A stretch of DNA of 21,319 nucleotides from a virus. The stretch lies in IMG/VR virus record IMGVR_UViG_3300025659_000030; one strand, written 5' to 3'. Shown one piece after another: positions 1 through 10,216 of the stretch (position 1 is the stretch's first letter; each line of letters begins with the position of its first letter). The notes beneath the pieces were generated by a model, which searched no databases, was not told the DNA's origin, and worked only from the letters and a program-made list of their open reading frames with translations. Made by a program: the position numbers and the translations under genes.

Positions 1-2172
1 TCCATATGACCAATTTTCAACCTGTACTGCATCTTTATGTAATGCGGGATCCCAAGCTTTCCAAATTTCATCTGTTATGTTGAATGTGGGTGTCCACTCC
101 CAAACTAAATTATTTTTTCTATTTCCATTATTCCAAATCCATTCACATTCTTCCAATTCTGGGTCATTATTACTCCCCCAAGTACCACTGCTATTTGCGA
201 GTCCGAGTGACTTCCACCCAGGTAAATTAGAAGTAGAACCATCAGCTTCAATAATTTTCCACACTCCAGGTGAAGTGGTAGATAAATTAGATTCAGATTC
301 TGTATCTATTACATAATCACCGTCAACATCACCAGTTTTATATTCCGTTCCCTTATATGTTATTTTTGCTAAAAATGCTGCAGCACCGGAAATATTTTTT
401 GTAACCAATCTGAGCTTATCTGACAGTGAAAAATCTGCTGTGCTGAAATCCTTACTTTGTCTCCAGTTATTATGTGATCCCAATTGACTTTCATTGCCGT
501 TTGAATCTACTTTATAAAGTATAAATTCATGGTCCGCTTGTATCCACACTTTTATTGTAGAATTCCCTATATCTGGAAAATCACCGTGGTATTTAGATTT
601 TCTAAATTCTCCTTCATAATTAGTTATTTGAGTGGCATTAGAATTTTTTATTGAAATGTCATCCACAACTTTGATTTCAGTGACTTCGCTAAAATTTTCA
701 TCTACTACGAAAGCATCCTTAATGATAATTTTACCACTTCCTCTACTACCACCCTCTCCCATAAGGGATATAAATCCAGCATCTTCATTCGATATTTCTG
801 CATATAACTTATTATCATCTATAAAAGAAATTGTACCAGTTGTTTGGCTATCCATTTCTTCTTGTCTTGAACTGACCATATATGGACTTGGAGTTCCAGA
901 AACACTTCCTGGTTCAACTTGAACATTTGTAATATACCTAATTCCTGTTTCTGTTACAGTGGTTTTTCCTAAAAGCCATTTTATAGTACCATCGGAATTT
1001 TCTGGAATAGTTATAGTTTTATATTCACGCTTCCATTCATTTCCACTTATAATTTTAGTTTCAAATGTTCCACCTGCATTTTCAATTGAAGAGATATTAA
1101 CCTCGGAGTCTCCCTTATTGATTTTTCCAGAAAATAATTCTCTGTTGGATGTCCAATCATCACTCCAATACACCCAACAACTCAATATATAAGTTTCATT
1201 TGATATTCCCTTTACAATAACTTCATACTTGTTATCAGATCCATTAGATGTTGTTTTTAATGTCCATGCACTATTACCTGGATTAGAAAATTTTTCTATC
1301 GTGTGATTATTTGATATTAACGATTTTTCAGTAATATCATTTCCATCAAAAAAGTTCCCATTGGAAACTAAATTTTCAGATATAGGTAATGTTTCATTTT
1401 CTATTACAGGAGTATATTTTGATATTACTTCGGCACTCTCGTCCTTGTCTATAACAAATGCATTTCTAATTTTAAGAGTTCCACCTACCATGGAATTATT
1501 TAATTGAATATCACCTGGACTATGTAAAGTTACAACTTTTCCAGTATCGTCAAATGTTAAATATGAAGTACCATTTACGATTGAATACGCTAAACAAGTA
1601 TAACATATTAACCTAAATTGTTCGTGAAAATCTGGATCATTTATTCCAGGATTTGGTCGTAATCTAATTTCTGTTCTTGAAGGTGATATTTCTTGTAACC
1701 AAAATTTATCTTCTTGTATGAGAAGTTCTATAAAATTATTATTTTCATCTTTTAATGGTTCTTCTACAGTTCCAGCATATATTTTACCATTTGTATCTAC
1801 CCAATGTGGGTCATCTGACTGATAAATACTTCTATCATTTTTATAAACCAAAATAAACTTATCACTGCCACCAAGTTCTCGTAAAAAATTATAAACTATT
1901 TTATAAGTTCCCCTTTCATATCCAAGACTTCTAACATGAGAACCAACATCCAACTTTGGTGGAAGCGGATGTGGAAGTTTTCCTGATGCTATATAATTGT
2001 CTGATGTATCATATAAATGAAATTCTATAACATCAGTTGGTGATTCACCAAATGGTATAGGTTCGTCTCCAACATCTAATCCAGAAATACTTATCAAAGG
2101 AAGATTTTCAGAATTTAATCTTGATAATTTTCCAGTTACATTATCTAATGTTAATTGTTTTTTTCTTGGCAT
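1..2172 (-). CDS. Large putative tail/baseplate structural protein, 3'-truncated by the window edge (at least 724 aa), with a carbohydrate-binding-module-like segment
   Basis: Missing from the ORF track because it has no stop in the window. ATG at 2172 overlaps the upstream TAA (TAATG). Reads MPRKKQLTLDNVTGKLSRL... and was open in every segment I translated, down to ...KDAVQVENWSYG at position 1. Internal NLVSNGNFFDG / YILSCWVYW / WKREYKTITIP / YITNVQVEPG resembles a CBM4/9-type beta-sandwich. Lies in the baseplate operon. Confidence 0.75.
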   Translation of the reverse strand, partial: MPRKKQLTLDNVTGKLSRLNSENLPLISISGLDVGDEPIPFGESPTDVIEFHLYDTSDNYIASGKLPHPLPPKLDVGSHVRSLGYERGTYKIVYNFLRELGGSDKFILVYKNDRSIYQSDDPHWVDTNGKIYAGTVEEPLKDENNNFIELLIQEDKFWLQEISPSRTEIRLRPNPGINDPDFHEQFRLICYTCLAYSIVNGTSYLTFDDTGKVVTLHSPGDIQLNNSMVGGTLKIRNAFVIDKDESAEVISKYTPVIENETLPISENLVSNGNFFDGNDITEKSLISNNHTIEKFSNPGNSAWTLKTTSNGSDNKYEVIVKGISNETYILSCWVYWSDDWTSNRELFSGKINKGDSEVNISSIENAGGTFETKIISGNEWKREYKTITIPENSDGTIKWLLGKTTVTETGIRYITNVQVEPGSVSGTPSPYMVSSRQEEMDSQTTGTISFIDDNKLYAEISNEDAGFISLMGEGGSRGSGKIIIKDAFVVDENFSEVTEIKVVDDISIKNSNATQITNYEGEFRKSKYHGDFPDIGNSTIKVWIQADHEFILYKVDSNGNESQLGSHNNWRQSKDFSTADFSLSDKLRLVTKNISGAAAFLAKITYKGTEYKTGDVDGDYVIDTESESNLSTTSPGVWKIIEADGSTSNLPGWKSLGLANSSGTWGSNNDPELEECEWIWNNGNRKNNLVWEWTPTFNITDEIWKAWDPALHKDAVQVENWSYG

Positions 2173-2474
2173 TATAGTTCCGTAAATTCTCTGTCTATTA
2201 TTTTATTTAAATCTTCATTTTCATCATAATCAAAATAACCATGAGACCAAGTAATCTTATTATTTTCTGGATGACCTGATCCATCGGTTCCCTGTCCTGG
2301 GGTTATCTTTTCAAATAAAATTATATTTCCTGATGTTGAATCTCTTAAAATTCCATCTGTTAGATTTCCGGTGGTGGTTCTCTTTTGAATAACTTCTATA
2401 TATTTTGCTTCATCGCGTCTTGTAATTTCTTGATAGAAATCATTAACCTTTAATTCTTCTTTGTTATATGGCAT
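2172..2474 (-). CDS. Hypothetical protein (100 aa, MPYNKEELK...), probably virion-associated
   Basis: The ORF track extends it to 2546, but the ATG at 2474 directly follows the upstream stop (TAAAATG) and avoids a 70-nt overlap. Its stop overlaps the next ATG. Confidence 0.7.
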   Translation of the reverse strand: MPYNKEELKVNDFYQEITRRDEAKYIEVIQKRTTTGNLTDGILRDSTSGNIILFEKITPGQGTDGSGHPENNKITWSHGYFDYDENEDLNKIIDREFTEL

Positions 2475-2475
2475 T

Positions 2476-3594
2476 TTATCTTTCCACTTTGAAACTGTTC
2501 TTTTCGTCAAAATATTGAACAGTTTCATCGGCAGTACCACTACCACTTACTATTTTATAATTTATTCTGTAAAATCGTTCTGATTGTAATCCGTTCATCC
2601 AGAAGTTAAAATAGTTTCCGGTTGAATCACAACTAACTACTGAACCACTGCCAAACGGAACAATAACATCATCTGTATAAGCATCTTTTATTTGATAATA
2701 TGTACTGCCACTTGGAAGAGTTTTTACCGTATTATATCCGGTAGTATATTGAGTTGATGAATATGACCGTTCTGGAAACATTTCCCTACCAACAACTCTA
2801 AATTTTACTTTTGAATTTTCTTTATACTTTTCTCTAAACCCTCTCATATAAATTTGCACATCTTCTAAATTAGCTGATGATAATGCTGTTAATGAACCAG
2901 TTACCCATTTTGAATCATCCCAAACTACTTCTAATTTTGGGGGATAAATTGTGTGAGTTTCCCTTGAGAAAAAACTGAAATTTCCATATCGTGTAGTATT
3001 TCCTTCTTCAACATCAGAATCAATATTTCCAATGCTACCACTTCTTTTTACCATAAATCCCTCGTTTGAAACTGTACTGTGTAACCATTTCCACATAATA
3101 TCAGTTACATCCATTCTTACATCTGCTGGTTCATTTGTAAAAGATTGTGATGCTTCGTATCCACTTCCACTATACCACGTTCCACCAGATCCAGAAACAG
3201 TATTCCATTGGGTTCTTGTTATCCCATTATCTTTCCATTTCCAACCTGCTCCATCTTCTACGATTGGAGAAAGATTATATCTTCCAGATCCATTCTCCCA
3301 TGATTGACTTACTGGATATGAGTATAAAGTTTGATCTACATTCAATGCAGATGAATTTGCATCAAATAAATTTAAATAAAATTTTGTGCTTGAACCGGAA
3401 GTTATTAAACCAGATGATACTGATTGAGAAATATAAGTTAAATCAAATTTAACGAGTGCTCTTGAAACATATATTTGAGTTCCGGCTACATTCATATCTT
3501 TTCTTATTTCTAAAATTTCATCCAACCCTGTATTCATGCTATGACTTTGTTCGTAAAGTGTTGTGTCCTTTTCACTAAATTCAAAATAATGCAT
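2476..3594 (-). CDS. Structural protein with a DNRLRE-like N-terminal domain (372 aa)
   Basis: DTTLYEQSHSMNTGLDEILEI...SRALVKFDL resembles the DT..N.G..L..R.L.FDL pattern of DNRLRE/CBM96-like domains. Ser/Gly/Trp-rich beta composition; coupled to the wedge gene by TAATG. Confidence 0.6.
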   Translation of the reverse strand: MHYFEFSEKDTTLYEQSHSMNTGLDEILEIRKDMNVAGTQIYVSRALVKFDLTYISQSVSSGLITSGSSTKFYLNLFDANSSALNVDQTLYSYPVSQSWENGSGRYNLSPIVEDGAGWKWKDNGITRTQWNTVSGSGGTWYSGSGYEASQSFTNEPADVRMDVTDIMWKWLHSTVSNEGFMVKRSGSIGNIDSDVEEGNTTRYGNFSFFSRETHTIYPPKLEVVWDDSKWVTGSLTALSSANLEDVQIYMRGFREKYKENSKVKFRVVGREMFPERSYSSTQYTTGYNTVKTLPSGSTYYQIKDAYTDDVIVPFGSGSVVSCDSTGNYFNFWMNGLQSERFYRINYKIVSGSGTADETVQYFDEKNSFKVER

Positions 3595-5522
3595 TATATA
3601 TCTCCCAATACTCTTCCCCTAATATCTGTATCTGGGAATTTAATTTCAAAAATTGCTGGATCAACCGATGGGTAAACTGTCCCATTAAATGTCGCACTTT
3701 GAATATCATAAATATTATCTGAATATCCAGAAGATGTTCCCCATTTGTTTTCTACTATAACCAACTCATCTCTATTTTCAAGAGGTTTAACTATTGTAGC
3801 TACACCATCAACTTTTAATAACTCTGAAGCTATTCCTGATAGAATAATTGGTTGATTTATTTGCCACCTATCTATATTAAAATATGTTTTTAGTGAATCT
3901 ACACACTTCAACAATACTTCATTTTTATTAAATCCTTTTTTTGTATAAATTGCAAATTGCAATCCTATATTTATTACCCAAGCATCTTTTAATTGAACTG
4001 CATCTGTCATCATTCTATATTGACTTAAATAAATTTTTACATTTTCTTTTACTGCAGTATTTAGTCCGACTAATTTTTTACTTTGATTATATCCCAACAT
4101 ATACATATTTAATGCTAATGGGTTTGGTTGAAATGTTGTATCTGACTCATTTTGACCTGTTGCAGAAACTTGTTCATCTTGGATCATATAAACTTTAGAT
4201 ATATTGCCATATTTTGATGGTAATGAATATACACGAGTTATATAATCATCCTTGGTTACTGCACGACCTTGAGCTTGAAAATATGCAAGTGCATTAGTTC
4301 GTACATTTTCTATTGTTTCACCACTACTACCACCTGTTGCTGGGTTTGGGTTAGTAACTGCTATAGAATTTTGAGTACTTGTTTTTAAACTCGCATCTAA
4401 TGTTAAAGAATTATCAAACTCTGAACTTATCAATGAAATGTTATTTATTCCGTTTGATGCGACATTATCACTAATACCACCACCGTAACTATATTTTATT
4501 GTTAATGTAGTATTTGTTGGAACTTGACCATACGTATCTGTATTTAAAAAGTTTGCTGGATCAAATGAAGTATCAAGAAAACTTGGAGTTCCTGGTAGAC
4601 TAGACCCAACGTTATTTGGGTTTGGTATTATTTCTTCATCTGCTCCAGAAGCTACTCCTGAGCCGAACCTTAATTCGGTTTTTTCGTCTGTTCTAATGTA
4701 AGTTTTAAATCTCTTTGAAGTTTTTACAAGTTTCAATAAAAATGGTGCAAAATTTCTACCATTCACTAAATCTGGTGAATTCTTTGAAGTGTTTTCAAAG
4801 TCTGCATATACAGTATCTTGTGCTAAAAATGGGACTTCATACCATTTGTTTCCATCACTATCCGTTACTGAAATTATTTCTAAAATTGGAGTGTTTTGTA
4901 AAACTACTCTTTTATATTTTTCAGCAGAACCAAATGTAATATATTCAGTAGAAACCGTTCCACTTACAGCCTTTGCTGATTTTTTAAGTAACCACTTTGT
5001 AATGTTACCACTATCATCCACTTCAAATATGTCTTCTTGTCGTGGACTCATTGAACTTGAATTTCTAAAAATTACATCATCCACACTTCTAAATACCGTG
5101 CCATTTGTTGAAGTTGCTTGTAATCCGTTGGATACATTAAGACAATAATCTTCATTTGGTTGCCGTTTTCCATCTACTACATTATTTGGATCTGATGGAA
5201 CGGTTTGGAACACGTCAAGTGTTACCGAAGATGGAGATGATAATTTGGGCTTATATCCATATCCTTGAACTATTTCATAAATTGTTTTCTTTTCTTCTGC
5301 AAATGATAATAAACTTTCTTTAAATTGTTCATCAATATAATATGATAAAACGTCTCCAACATATGATGCCATTTCTATAAACATCATCCCAGGGTCTGCT
5401 TCATTAAAATCATTATATGTGTTTGGGAAATAGGTCTGTGCATATTCCATTAACCCATTCCTGAAACTACTAAAATCTTTATTTAAATATTTTACATCTC
5501 TGCTAAGTCCATGTTTAGCCAT
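3594..5522 (-). CDS. Baseplate wedge subunit, T4 gp6-like / baseplate J family (642 aa)
   Basis: YLNKDFSSFRNGLMEYAQTYFPNTYNDFNEADPGMMFIEMASYVGDVLSYYID N-terminus; NPNPATGGSSGETIENVRTNA and QGRAVTKDDY motifs; GGAG RBS; adjacent to the gp25-like gene. Confidence 0.9.
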   Translation of the reverse strand: MAKHGLSRDVKYLNKDFSSFRNGLMEYAQTYFPNTYNDFNEADPGMMFIEMASYVGDVLSYYIDEQFKESLLSFAEEKKTIYEIVQGYGYKPKLSSPSSVTLDVFQTVPSDPNNVVDGKRQPNEDYCLNVSNGLQATSTNGTVFRSVDDVIFRNSSSMSPRQEDIFEVDDSGNITKWLLKKSAKAVSGTVSTEYITFGSAEKYKRVVLQNTPILEIISVTDSDGNKWYEVPFLAQDTVYADFENTSKNSPDLVNGRNFAPFLLKLVKTSKRFKTYIRTDEKTELRFGSGVASGADEEIIPNPNNVGSSLPGTPSFLDTSFDPANFLNTDTYGQVPTNTTLTIKYSYGGGISDNVASNGINNISLISSEFDNSLTLDASLKTSTQNSIAVTNPNPATGGSSGETIENVRTNALAYFQAQGRAVTKDDYITRVYSLPSKYGNISKVYMIQDEQVSATGQNESDTTFQPNPLALNMYMLGYNQSKKLVGLNTAVKENVKIYLSQYRMMTDAVQLKDAWVINIGLQFAIYTKKGFNKNEVLLKCVDSLKTYFNIDRWQINQPIILSGIASELLKVDGVATIVKPLENRDELVIVENKWGTSSGYSDNIYDIQSATFNGTVYPSVDPAIFEIKFPDTDIRGRVLGDI

Positions 5523-5542
5523 TTAATTTCTCCATTGTATTG

Positions 5543-5977
5543 TCACTGTGCTAATTCACTATATGATTCAAATTGCTCAAAACTTATAGACACTTGTGCA
5601 GACATTCCAGGTTCGAATGATAATCCAAAGTCTATTGATATATTTACTGTATTTCTTCCGTAATCTGGAAGTTCCACTTTAAGTTTTTTAATATTTACAT
5701 ATGGAAGCCATTGTTCCATAGATTCTCTAATTGCCTCCTCTAATTTATCATTTAAATTCTCATCCATTGGTTCAAAAATAACTTCATTTAATCTTGAACC
5801 AAATTCTGGTTGACCCACCCTTTCACCCTTCATAGTTTTCAATAAATTTACTATATTGTGTTTTGCCTGTTCAAGAGTTGTATTTGTTTGAGTAAAATGA
5901 CCAGTGTTGGAATATCCCATTGGTAAACTCAGACCAATGGATACATCTGGATTTAAATCTTTTTCTCTTGCTCCCAT
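5543..5977 (-). CDS. Baseplate wedge protein, gp25/GPW family (144 aa)
   Basis: LEQAKHNIVNLLKTMKGERVGQPEFGSRLNEVIFEP and IRESMEQWLPYVNI match the gp25 signature; AGGAG RBS. Confidence 0.92.
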   Translation of the reverse strand: MGAREKDLNPDVSIGLSLPMGYSNTGHFTQTNTTLEQAKHNIVNLLKTMKGERVGQPEFGSRLNEVIFEPMDENLNDKLEEAIRESMEQWLPYVNIKKLKVELPDYGRNTVNISIDFGLSFEPGMSAQVSISFEQFESYSELAQ

Positions 5978-5987
5978 GTATAGTCTC

Positions 5988-6581
5988 CTACCTATTTATT
6001 GTTTCTTGACCAACTATTAACCCATCTTTTACTATAATTCTTTTTCTAATATATGATACAGTTCCATTTTCATTTTCAATAGTATCAGTTACTATAAAAT
6101 CTTCTGTTAATCCGATATCACCATCCTTTGATTTATAGCCACCAGTCCGTATCTTTCCATCAAATTTAATTTCTTTACGATTAAAAGTAATATTTAAACT
6201 ATCAAAAATATTTCTAAATATTATTAACTGTTTTGCTGCATCAATATTTGATTTAGCTACTGTTCTAAATCTTTTTAGTAATCTTGATAATTTAGTTTTC
6301 TTAGTTTTAGGATTAGTTTGTACCCGTCTAATATTTAACTGTCCTTTTGGTGTTAAATATAAACTACCAGGTAACCTATTTTCTAAATAAGACTTATTAT
6401 CAAGTTTATCTATCTCATCTTCACCAGTTAAATAGGAATGTATAGCATCAGCTTCTTCAGCTGCCAATTTAGCATTTTCTTTTCGTATTCTACGTTTAGT
6501 TTCAGTATCTTGATCCTTATAAATTCTATCATTTTTTATTTTTTCAAGTTTGTACTTTAAAAACTGTTTATCTAATGCCAT
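5988..6581 (-). CDS. Hypothetical basic protein (197 aa) in the structural operon
   Basis: Long, tightly packed ORF on the operon strand; Lys/Arg-rich; no recognised motif. Confidence 0.75.
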   Translation of the reverse strand: MALDKQFLKYKLEKIKNDRIYKDQDTETKRRIRKENAKLAAEEADAIHSYLTGEDEIDKLDNKSYLENRLPGSLYLTPKGQLNIRRVQTNPKTKKTKLSRLLKRFRTVAKSNIDAAKQLIIFRNIFDSLNITFNRKEIKFDGKIRTGGYKSKDGDIGLTEDFIVTDTIENENGTVSYIRKRIIVKDGLIVGQETINR

Positions 6582-6592
6582 TATTTATCTCA

Positions 6593-7111
6593 TTATGGGC
6601 GGAAATGTTTTCCACCTTTTTTCTCGTCTATTGCCTTCATTACCTTTGAATAATCTCTTGTCAGTGCGTTTTGTACATGATCTGGAACACTTTCAACATT
6701 TACACCAGCTTTTTTTATCGATTCTACTGCTGCAATATCTCGTTTTTGCTGTTTGTCACCTTCAGTATTCATTCCGTAAGAACCTGCTAATAAATCATTC
6801 ATTTTATTTGTGTCGTAAGTTCCACCACCCATTGTTGGATAGTCATTAGTACCACCACCTTGAATTCCACCGACCGTTTCATTTAAAATATTATTGAGAA
6901 CTTCATTTTCTGTATAATTGATTGTCTCGTGTTTCTTGGCCTTATATTGTTTTTTACTTGGCAAATTCAAGTGGTTCTCTGTTAAGGGCTTTGAAACTAA
7001 TTCGGTAAGTGAAGATGATCTATCTTCCTTAATAAATATCTCGTTTACCTGTTTTTTCACTTCTTTACGGACTACAAGTTCAATTATTTTTATTAACTCT
7101 TGTTTTTTCAT
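6593..7111 (-). CDS. Hypothetical protein (172 aa)
   Basis: GGAG RBS upstream of the ATG; tight packing; helical N-terminus and Gly-rich middle. Confidence 0.8.
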   Translation of the reverse strand: MKKQELIKIIELVVRKEVKKQVNEIFIKEDRSSSLTELVSKPLTENHLNLPSKKQYKAKKHETINYTENEVLNNILNETVGGIQGGGTNDYPTMGGGTYDTNKMNDLLAGSYGMNTEGDKQQKRDIAAVESIKKAGVNVESVPDHVQNALTRDYSKVMKAIDEKKGGKHFRP

Positions 7112-7128
7112 TTTGTTATCTCCTATTA

Positions 7129-8379
7129 TTAAAACCCATCTAAATATTGTTTTAATTCGTCACTAGAAAAACATCTATCCAATTCTTCTATTTGTTTTGC
7201 CAATTCTTCTGATAAGGCTGAAGTATCTGTTTCGTCAAAGTCCGTATCAGCATCTAATTCTTTCCAAGTTCCACCATTATCTTCACATTCTTTTTTCGTT
7301 GAGTGTTTTGTTATGGTACAGAAACCAGCAGATTCATCATCACCCATAGTTGGTGTTTCTTCTGTTATCTTCTTATACATATCTTGTAGGTCTTGAATAT
7401 CCTTTGGATCTATCCACGTTCCACCAGCCGCTTCACAATCTTCTTTTGTCATTTCCCCAGCAACTTGTCCAGCACATTGTGCTAAAATTGACATTAATTG
7501 TGCTTGTAATACTGGGAGTATAGTACTAAATCTACCAATGGTCTGTAGTAACATACTAACTACCATATCCACTAATCCCATAATATTTAATACTTCCATT
7601 AATTTTTCTACTATTGGAACAATAAATGGTGGTGTCCATTTTAAAATTTTTCTAACTATTTTTATGACCTTTTGAATAATCTTTATTACTTGAATTATTT
7701 GCTTTAGTACTGGCATCAATTCCATTATTGCCGCCATAACTTCCAATAATTTTTTTATAGTTGCCTTTACTGGTGGAGTACAAACATCTTCTGGATTTAT
7801 TGTTGCCCTAGCCATTATTTTATCTACTTCTGCATTTAACTTACCTAATGCTTGATTGAGTTTACCCATCATCTCTTGTATCTTTGCAGTAAATCCTGAC
7901 AACATCCAAGCTTCTAAATCTGGAATTTCTAAATTGGACATTTTAAGTAACCATTCATTTTCATCTTCTGTTGGAACATTTACATTTCCTGACCCCACAC
8001 AAAATCCTTTTAATGCACCATCATCGGGTTCTTCTCCACGTGTTTGTGGTGGTCCTTCTACGGCTGTTGATTCTTTTTGTGTTTTATATGGTGCACATTT
8101 TACCACACCGTCTTCAAGAACACATCCAACATGAAGTGAAGTTCCGACTGGTACATCTTCACCTTCATCATATTTCAATAAATCATTACCGGTATCAGGC
8201 CATATAACTACTGCACCATCATCTCCAGCAACTCCATCAACTTCTACAAACTGATATGGCCAATATTCCTTTCCATTAAAAATACCACTTCCTTCAATTA
8301 ATTCACATCCAGGTATTATAGGTTCTCCAGGACCGATTTCCACTCGCTGTCCGGCTATTGATTTACATCGTTTTGGCAC
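7129..8379 (-). CDS. Uncharacterised virion-associated protein (416 aa) with a long amphipathic helical core and two Cys-GGTW repeats
   Basis: GTG start overlaps the hub gene's stop (TAGTG). 11 Cys; TKEDCEAAGGTW and TKKECEDNGGTW repeats; VLKQIIQVIKIIQKVIKIVRKILKW segment. Confidence 0.8.
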   Translation of the reverse strand: MPKRCKSIAGQRVEIGPGEPIIPGCELIEGSGIFNGKEYWPYQFVEVDGVAGDDGAVVIWPDTGNDLLKYDEGEDVPVGTSLHVGCVLEDGVVKCAPYKTQKESTAVEGPPQTRGEEPDDGALKGFCVGSGNVNVPTEDENEWLLKMSNLEIPDLEAWMLSGFTAKIQEMMGKLNQALGKLNAEVDKIMARATINPEDVCTPPVKATIKKLLEVMAAIMELMPVLKQIIQVIKIIQKVIKIVRKILKWTPPFIVPIVEKLMEVLNIMGLVDMVVSMLLQTIGRFSTILPVLQAQLMSILAQCAGQVAGEMTKEDCEAAGGTWIDPKDIQDLQDMYKKITEETPTMGDDESAGFCTITKHSTKKECEDNGGTWKELDADTDFDETDTSALSEELAKQIEELDRCFSSDELKQYLDGF

Positions 8380-9602
8380 TATTGTGGTCCCCTTATATGT
8401 CCAACTTGAACAGTTTTACTTTTTGGTTCATCCATTCTGGTTTTTAATTCGTTTAAAGATGCTACTAATCCCATAGCGGACGGTAAAATATCTGATATTG
8501 GGACTACAAAATCTACAACCGATCCCTTTGCGCCCTTTATACCATTAGCAAAATCTATTAAATATGTAATTAATTTTTCAAATAATTCCATAGTTAAATC
8601 TCCACCGAGTGCTGGTTGATTTGCGTAATAATCTCCTAATTTTACTTTCCCTGTTGGTGGAACAACAACACCTATTTCTTTATTCGCAGAAATGCCGACT
8701 GTACTATTAGATGAAAATACAATACCCGATTTATCAGATTTCGCATTAAAAACTAACCTGTCAGAATTTATAACTATCTGTTTTCCACCATCATTTTTTT
8801 TTGCTTCATGAGAGTATATAGATACAAATTTTGAATTCATGGTAGAAAAATTTAAATTCACTTTCTGATTAGTGGTCATCCATATAGAACTACCATCTAA
8901 ATTTATATTTTCTCTGACTGGTTTATTATTTTCTGTAGAAACTTCACCTTGTCCCGCCCGTATAATAACATTTGGTGAATGTGGTTCTCCTGTGTCTGGA
9001 ACTAAATCACCATCAGCATCTATTAACTCTTTTACATTACTTCCAAATTTAATAGATTGTCCAAATCTACCATTAAATATAATATCACCTTCTTCTGCCT
9101 TAACCTGTCTTATATCAGAATTTCCTATTAATGGTAAATTATCCTTATACGTCTCTCCTGTAAACATATCATATACTTTACTTAACCCAGGAAACGAATT
9201 TAAATTGATTGAATTGTGCATATTCAACTTTTGAGTATAATATAAATCTCCAAAATATTTTGCAACTATTACATATTCACCTGGATGTGGATATTCTTTT
9301 ATATTACTATCAAGTGGTGCAATTATAACAACATCTTCTTTACCAGAATTACTAACAGACATTCTCGCTTTAATCCATCCATACTTAGACCAATCTACCA
9401 TTGGTTCACCGTTTCTTGATTGATTAATAATAGCTCCACTATTCATTAAATCTTCTTCGTCTAAAAAAACTTCTAAAACTTCTGCTGGCTCTAACTCATA
9501 AAATTCAGGAGAATCTTTTACATATCTTTGAATATCTCTAACGGTTGCTGGACCATCAGGTAACACTATATGTTCATCGTCTCTATTAATTTTATATGCC
9601 AC
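8379..9602 (-). CDS. Baseplate hub/central spike protein, gp5/gpV-like, with no lysozyme domain recognised (407 aa)
   Basis: N-terminal OB-fold-like WIKARM...IAPLDSNIKEYPHPGEYVIV, then EGDIIFNGRFGQSIKFGS and GGKQIVINSDRLVFNAK beta-repeat region; baseplate context. Confidence 0.7.
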   Translation of the reverse strand: MAYKINRDDEHIVLPDGPATVRDIQRYVKDSPEFYELEPAEVLEVFLDEEDLMNSGAIINQSRNGEPMVDWSKYGWIKARMSVSNSGKEDVVIIAPLDSNIKEYPHPGEYVIVAKYFGDLYYTQKLNMHNSINLNSFPGLSKVYDMFTGETYKDNLPLIGNSDIRQVKAEEGDIIFNGRFGQSIKFGSNVKELIDADGDLVPDTGEPHSPNVIIRAGQGEVSTENNKPVRENINLDGSSIWMTTNQKVNLNFSTMNSKFVSIYSHEAKKNDGGKQIVINSDRLVFNAKSDKSGIVFSSNSTVGISANKEIGVVVPPTGKVKLGDYYANQPALGGDLTMELFEKLITYLIDFANGIKGAKGSVVDFVVPISDILPSAMGLVASLNELKTRMDEPKSKTVQVGHIRGPQ

Positions 9603-9997
9603 TAATTTTCCTTGATTTTTTGAATATCATCTGTTATCGTATCTGATTTTTTTTGAATATCTACAACTACATCATCTATACTTTTCAACAACTGTTCCTT
9701 TTCTCTATCAGATAAACCAAATTCTGATTCTGAACTACTACCCTTTTGCTCTGCGGCAATTAATCGTTGAACTACTGTTGCAAGTTTTATAAGTTGTTCA
9801 TCATTTTTTACATTGATTTCCAAATACTCTTTTATCATTGGAACGATTTGTATTGCCATATCACCATCTTTGATGAATCCCGCAAGTTCTTTTACCAATA
9901 ATTCGAGTTGCGTTTTATTGTGTTTAGAATTATCATAAATGTCCTTGAATAATGATGATAGTGATTTACCATCAAATAATTCGTAATCTTGACTCAT
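9602..9997 (-). CDS. Hypothetical helical protein (131 aa), first gene of the structural operon
   Basis: ATG at 9997 after an AT-rich intergenic region; TAGTG overlap with the next gene. Confidence 0.8.
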   Translation of the reverse strand: MSQDYELFDGKSLSSLFKDIYDNSKHNKTQLELLVKELAGFIKDGDMAIQIVPMIKEYLEINVKNDEQLIKLATVVQRLIAAEQKGSSSESEFGLSDREKEQLLKSIDDVVVDIQKKSDTITDDIQKIKEN

Positions 9998-10046
9998 ATT
10001 TTATTTTTCCCATATTGTGATTAAAAATAGATATTATAACTCATAT

Positions 10047-10054
10047 ATAAATAT
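10047..10054 (-). promoter_or_regulatory. ATATTTAT motif, candidate phage late promoter for the structural operon
   Basis: Sense-strand ATATTTAT about 50 nt upstream of ATG 9997; the same 8-mer precedes three other transcription units. Confidence 0.5.
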
Positions 10055-10120
10055 AAAATAACCTAAAAATTGATTGTTCTCTACTCTATATATATCAAAA
10101 TAAGAAATAATGTATATATT

Positions 10121-10128
10121 ATATTTAT
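10121..10128 (+). promoter_or_regulatory. ATATTTAT motif, candidate late promoter for the divergent membrane gene
   Basis: Plus-strand ATATTTAT about 90 nt upstream of ATG 10217. Confidence 0.4.
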
Positions 10129-10216
10129 TTATGTCGGAAAAGATACCGACAACAAAAAGTGGAAGTTAAGAATCCCTTTTTTGTTAATTGATAAGAATAA
10201 TAAACGGGAGAAAACA

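Noticed and set aside
8377-9604. Stop-codon reassignment (TAG or TGA read as sense), as in some large phages
   Set aside because: Long genes are uninterrupted in the standard code, and TAG and TGA end genes precisely at coupled TAGTG/ATGA junctions.
10046-10053. T4-type TATAAATA late promoter in its canonical orientation
   Set aside because: It fits only at the divergent locus. At the two unidirectional loci (15207, 17944) the sense strand reads ATATTTAT.
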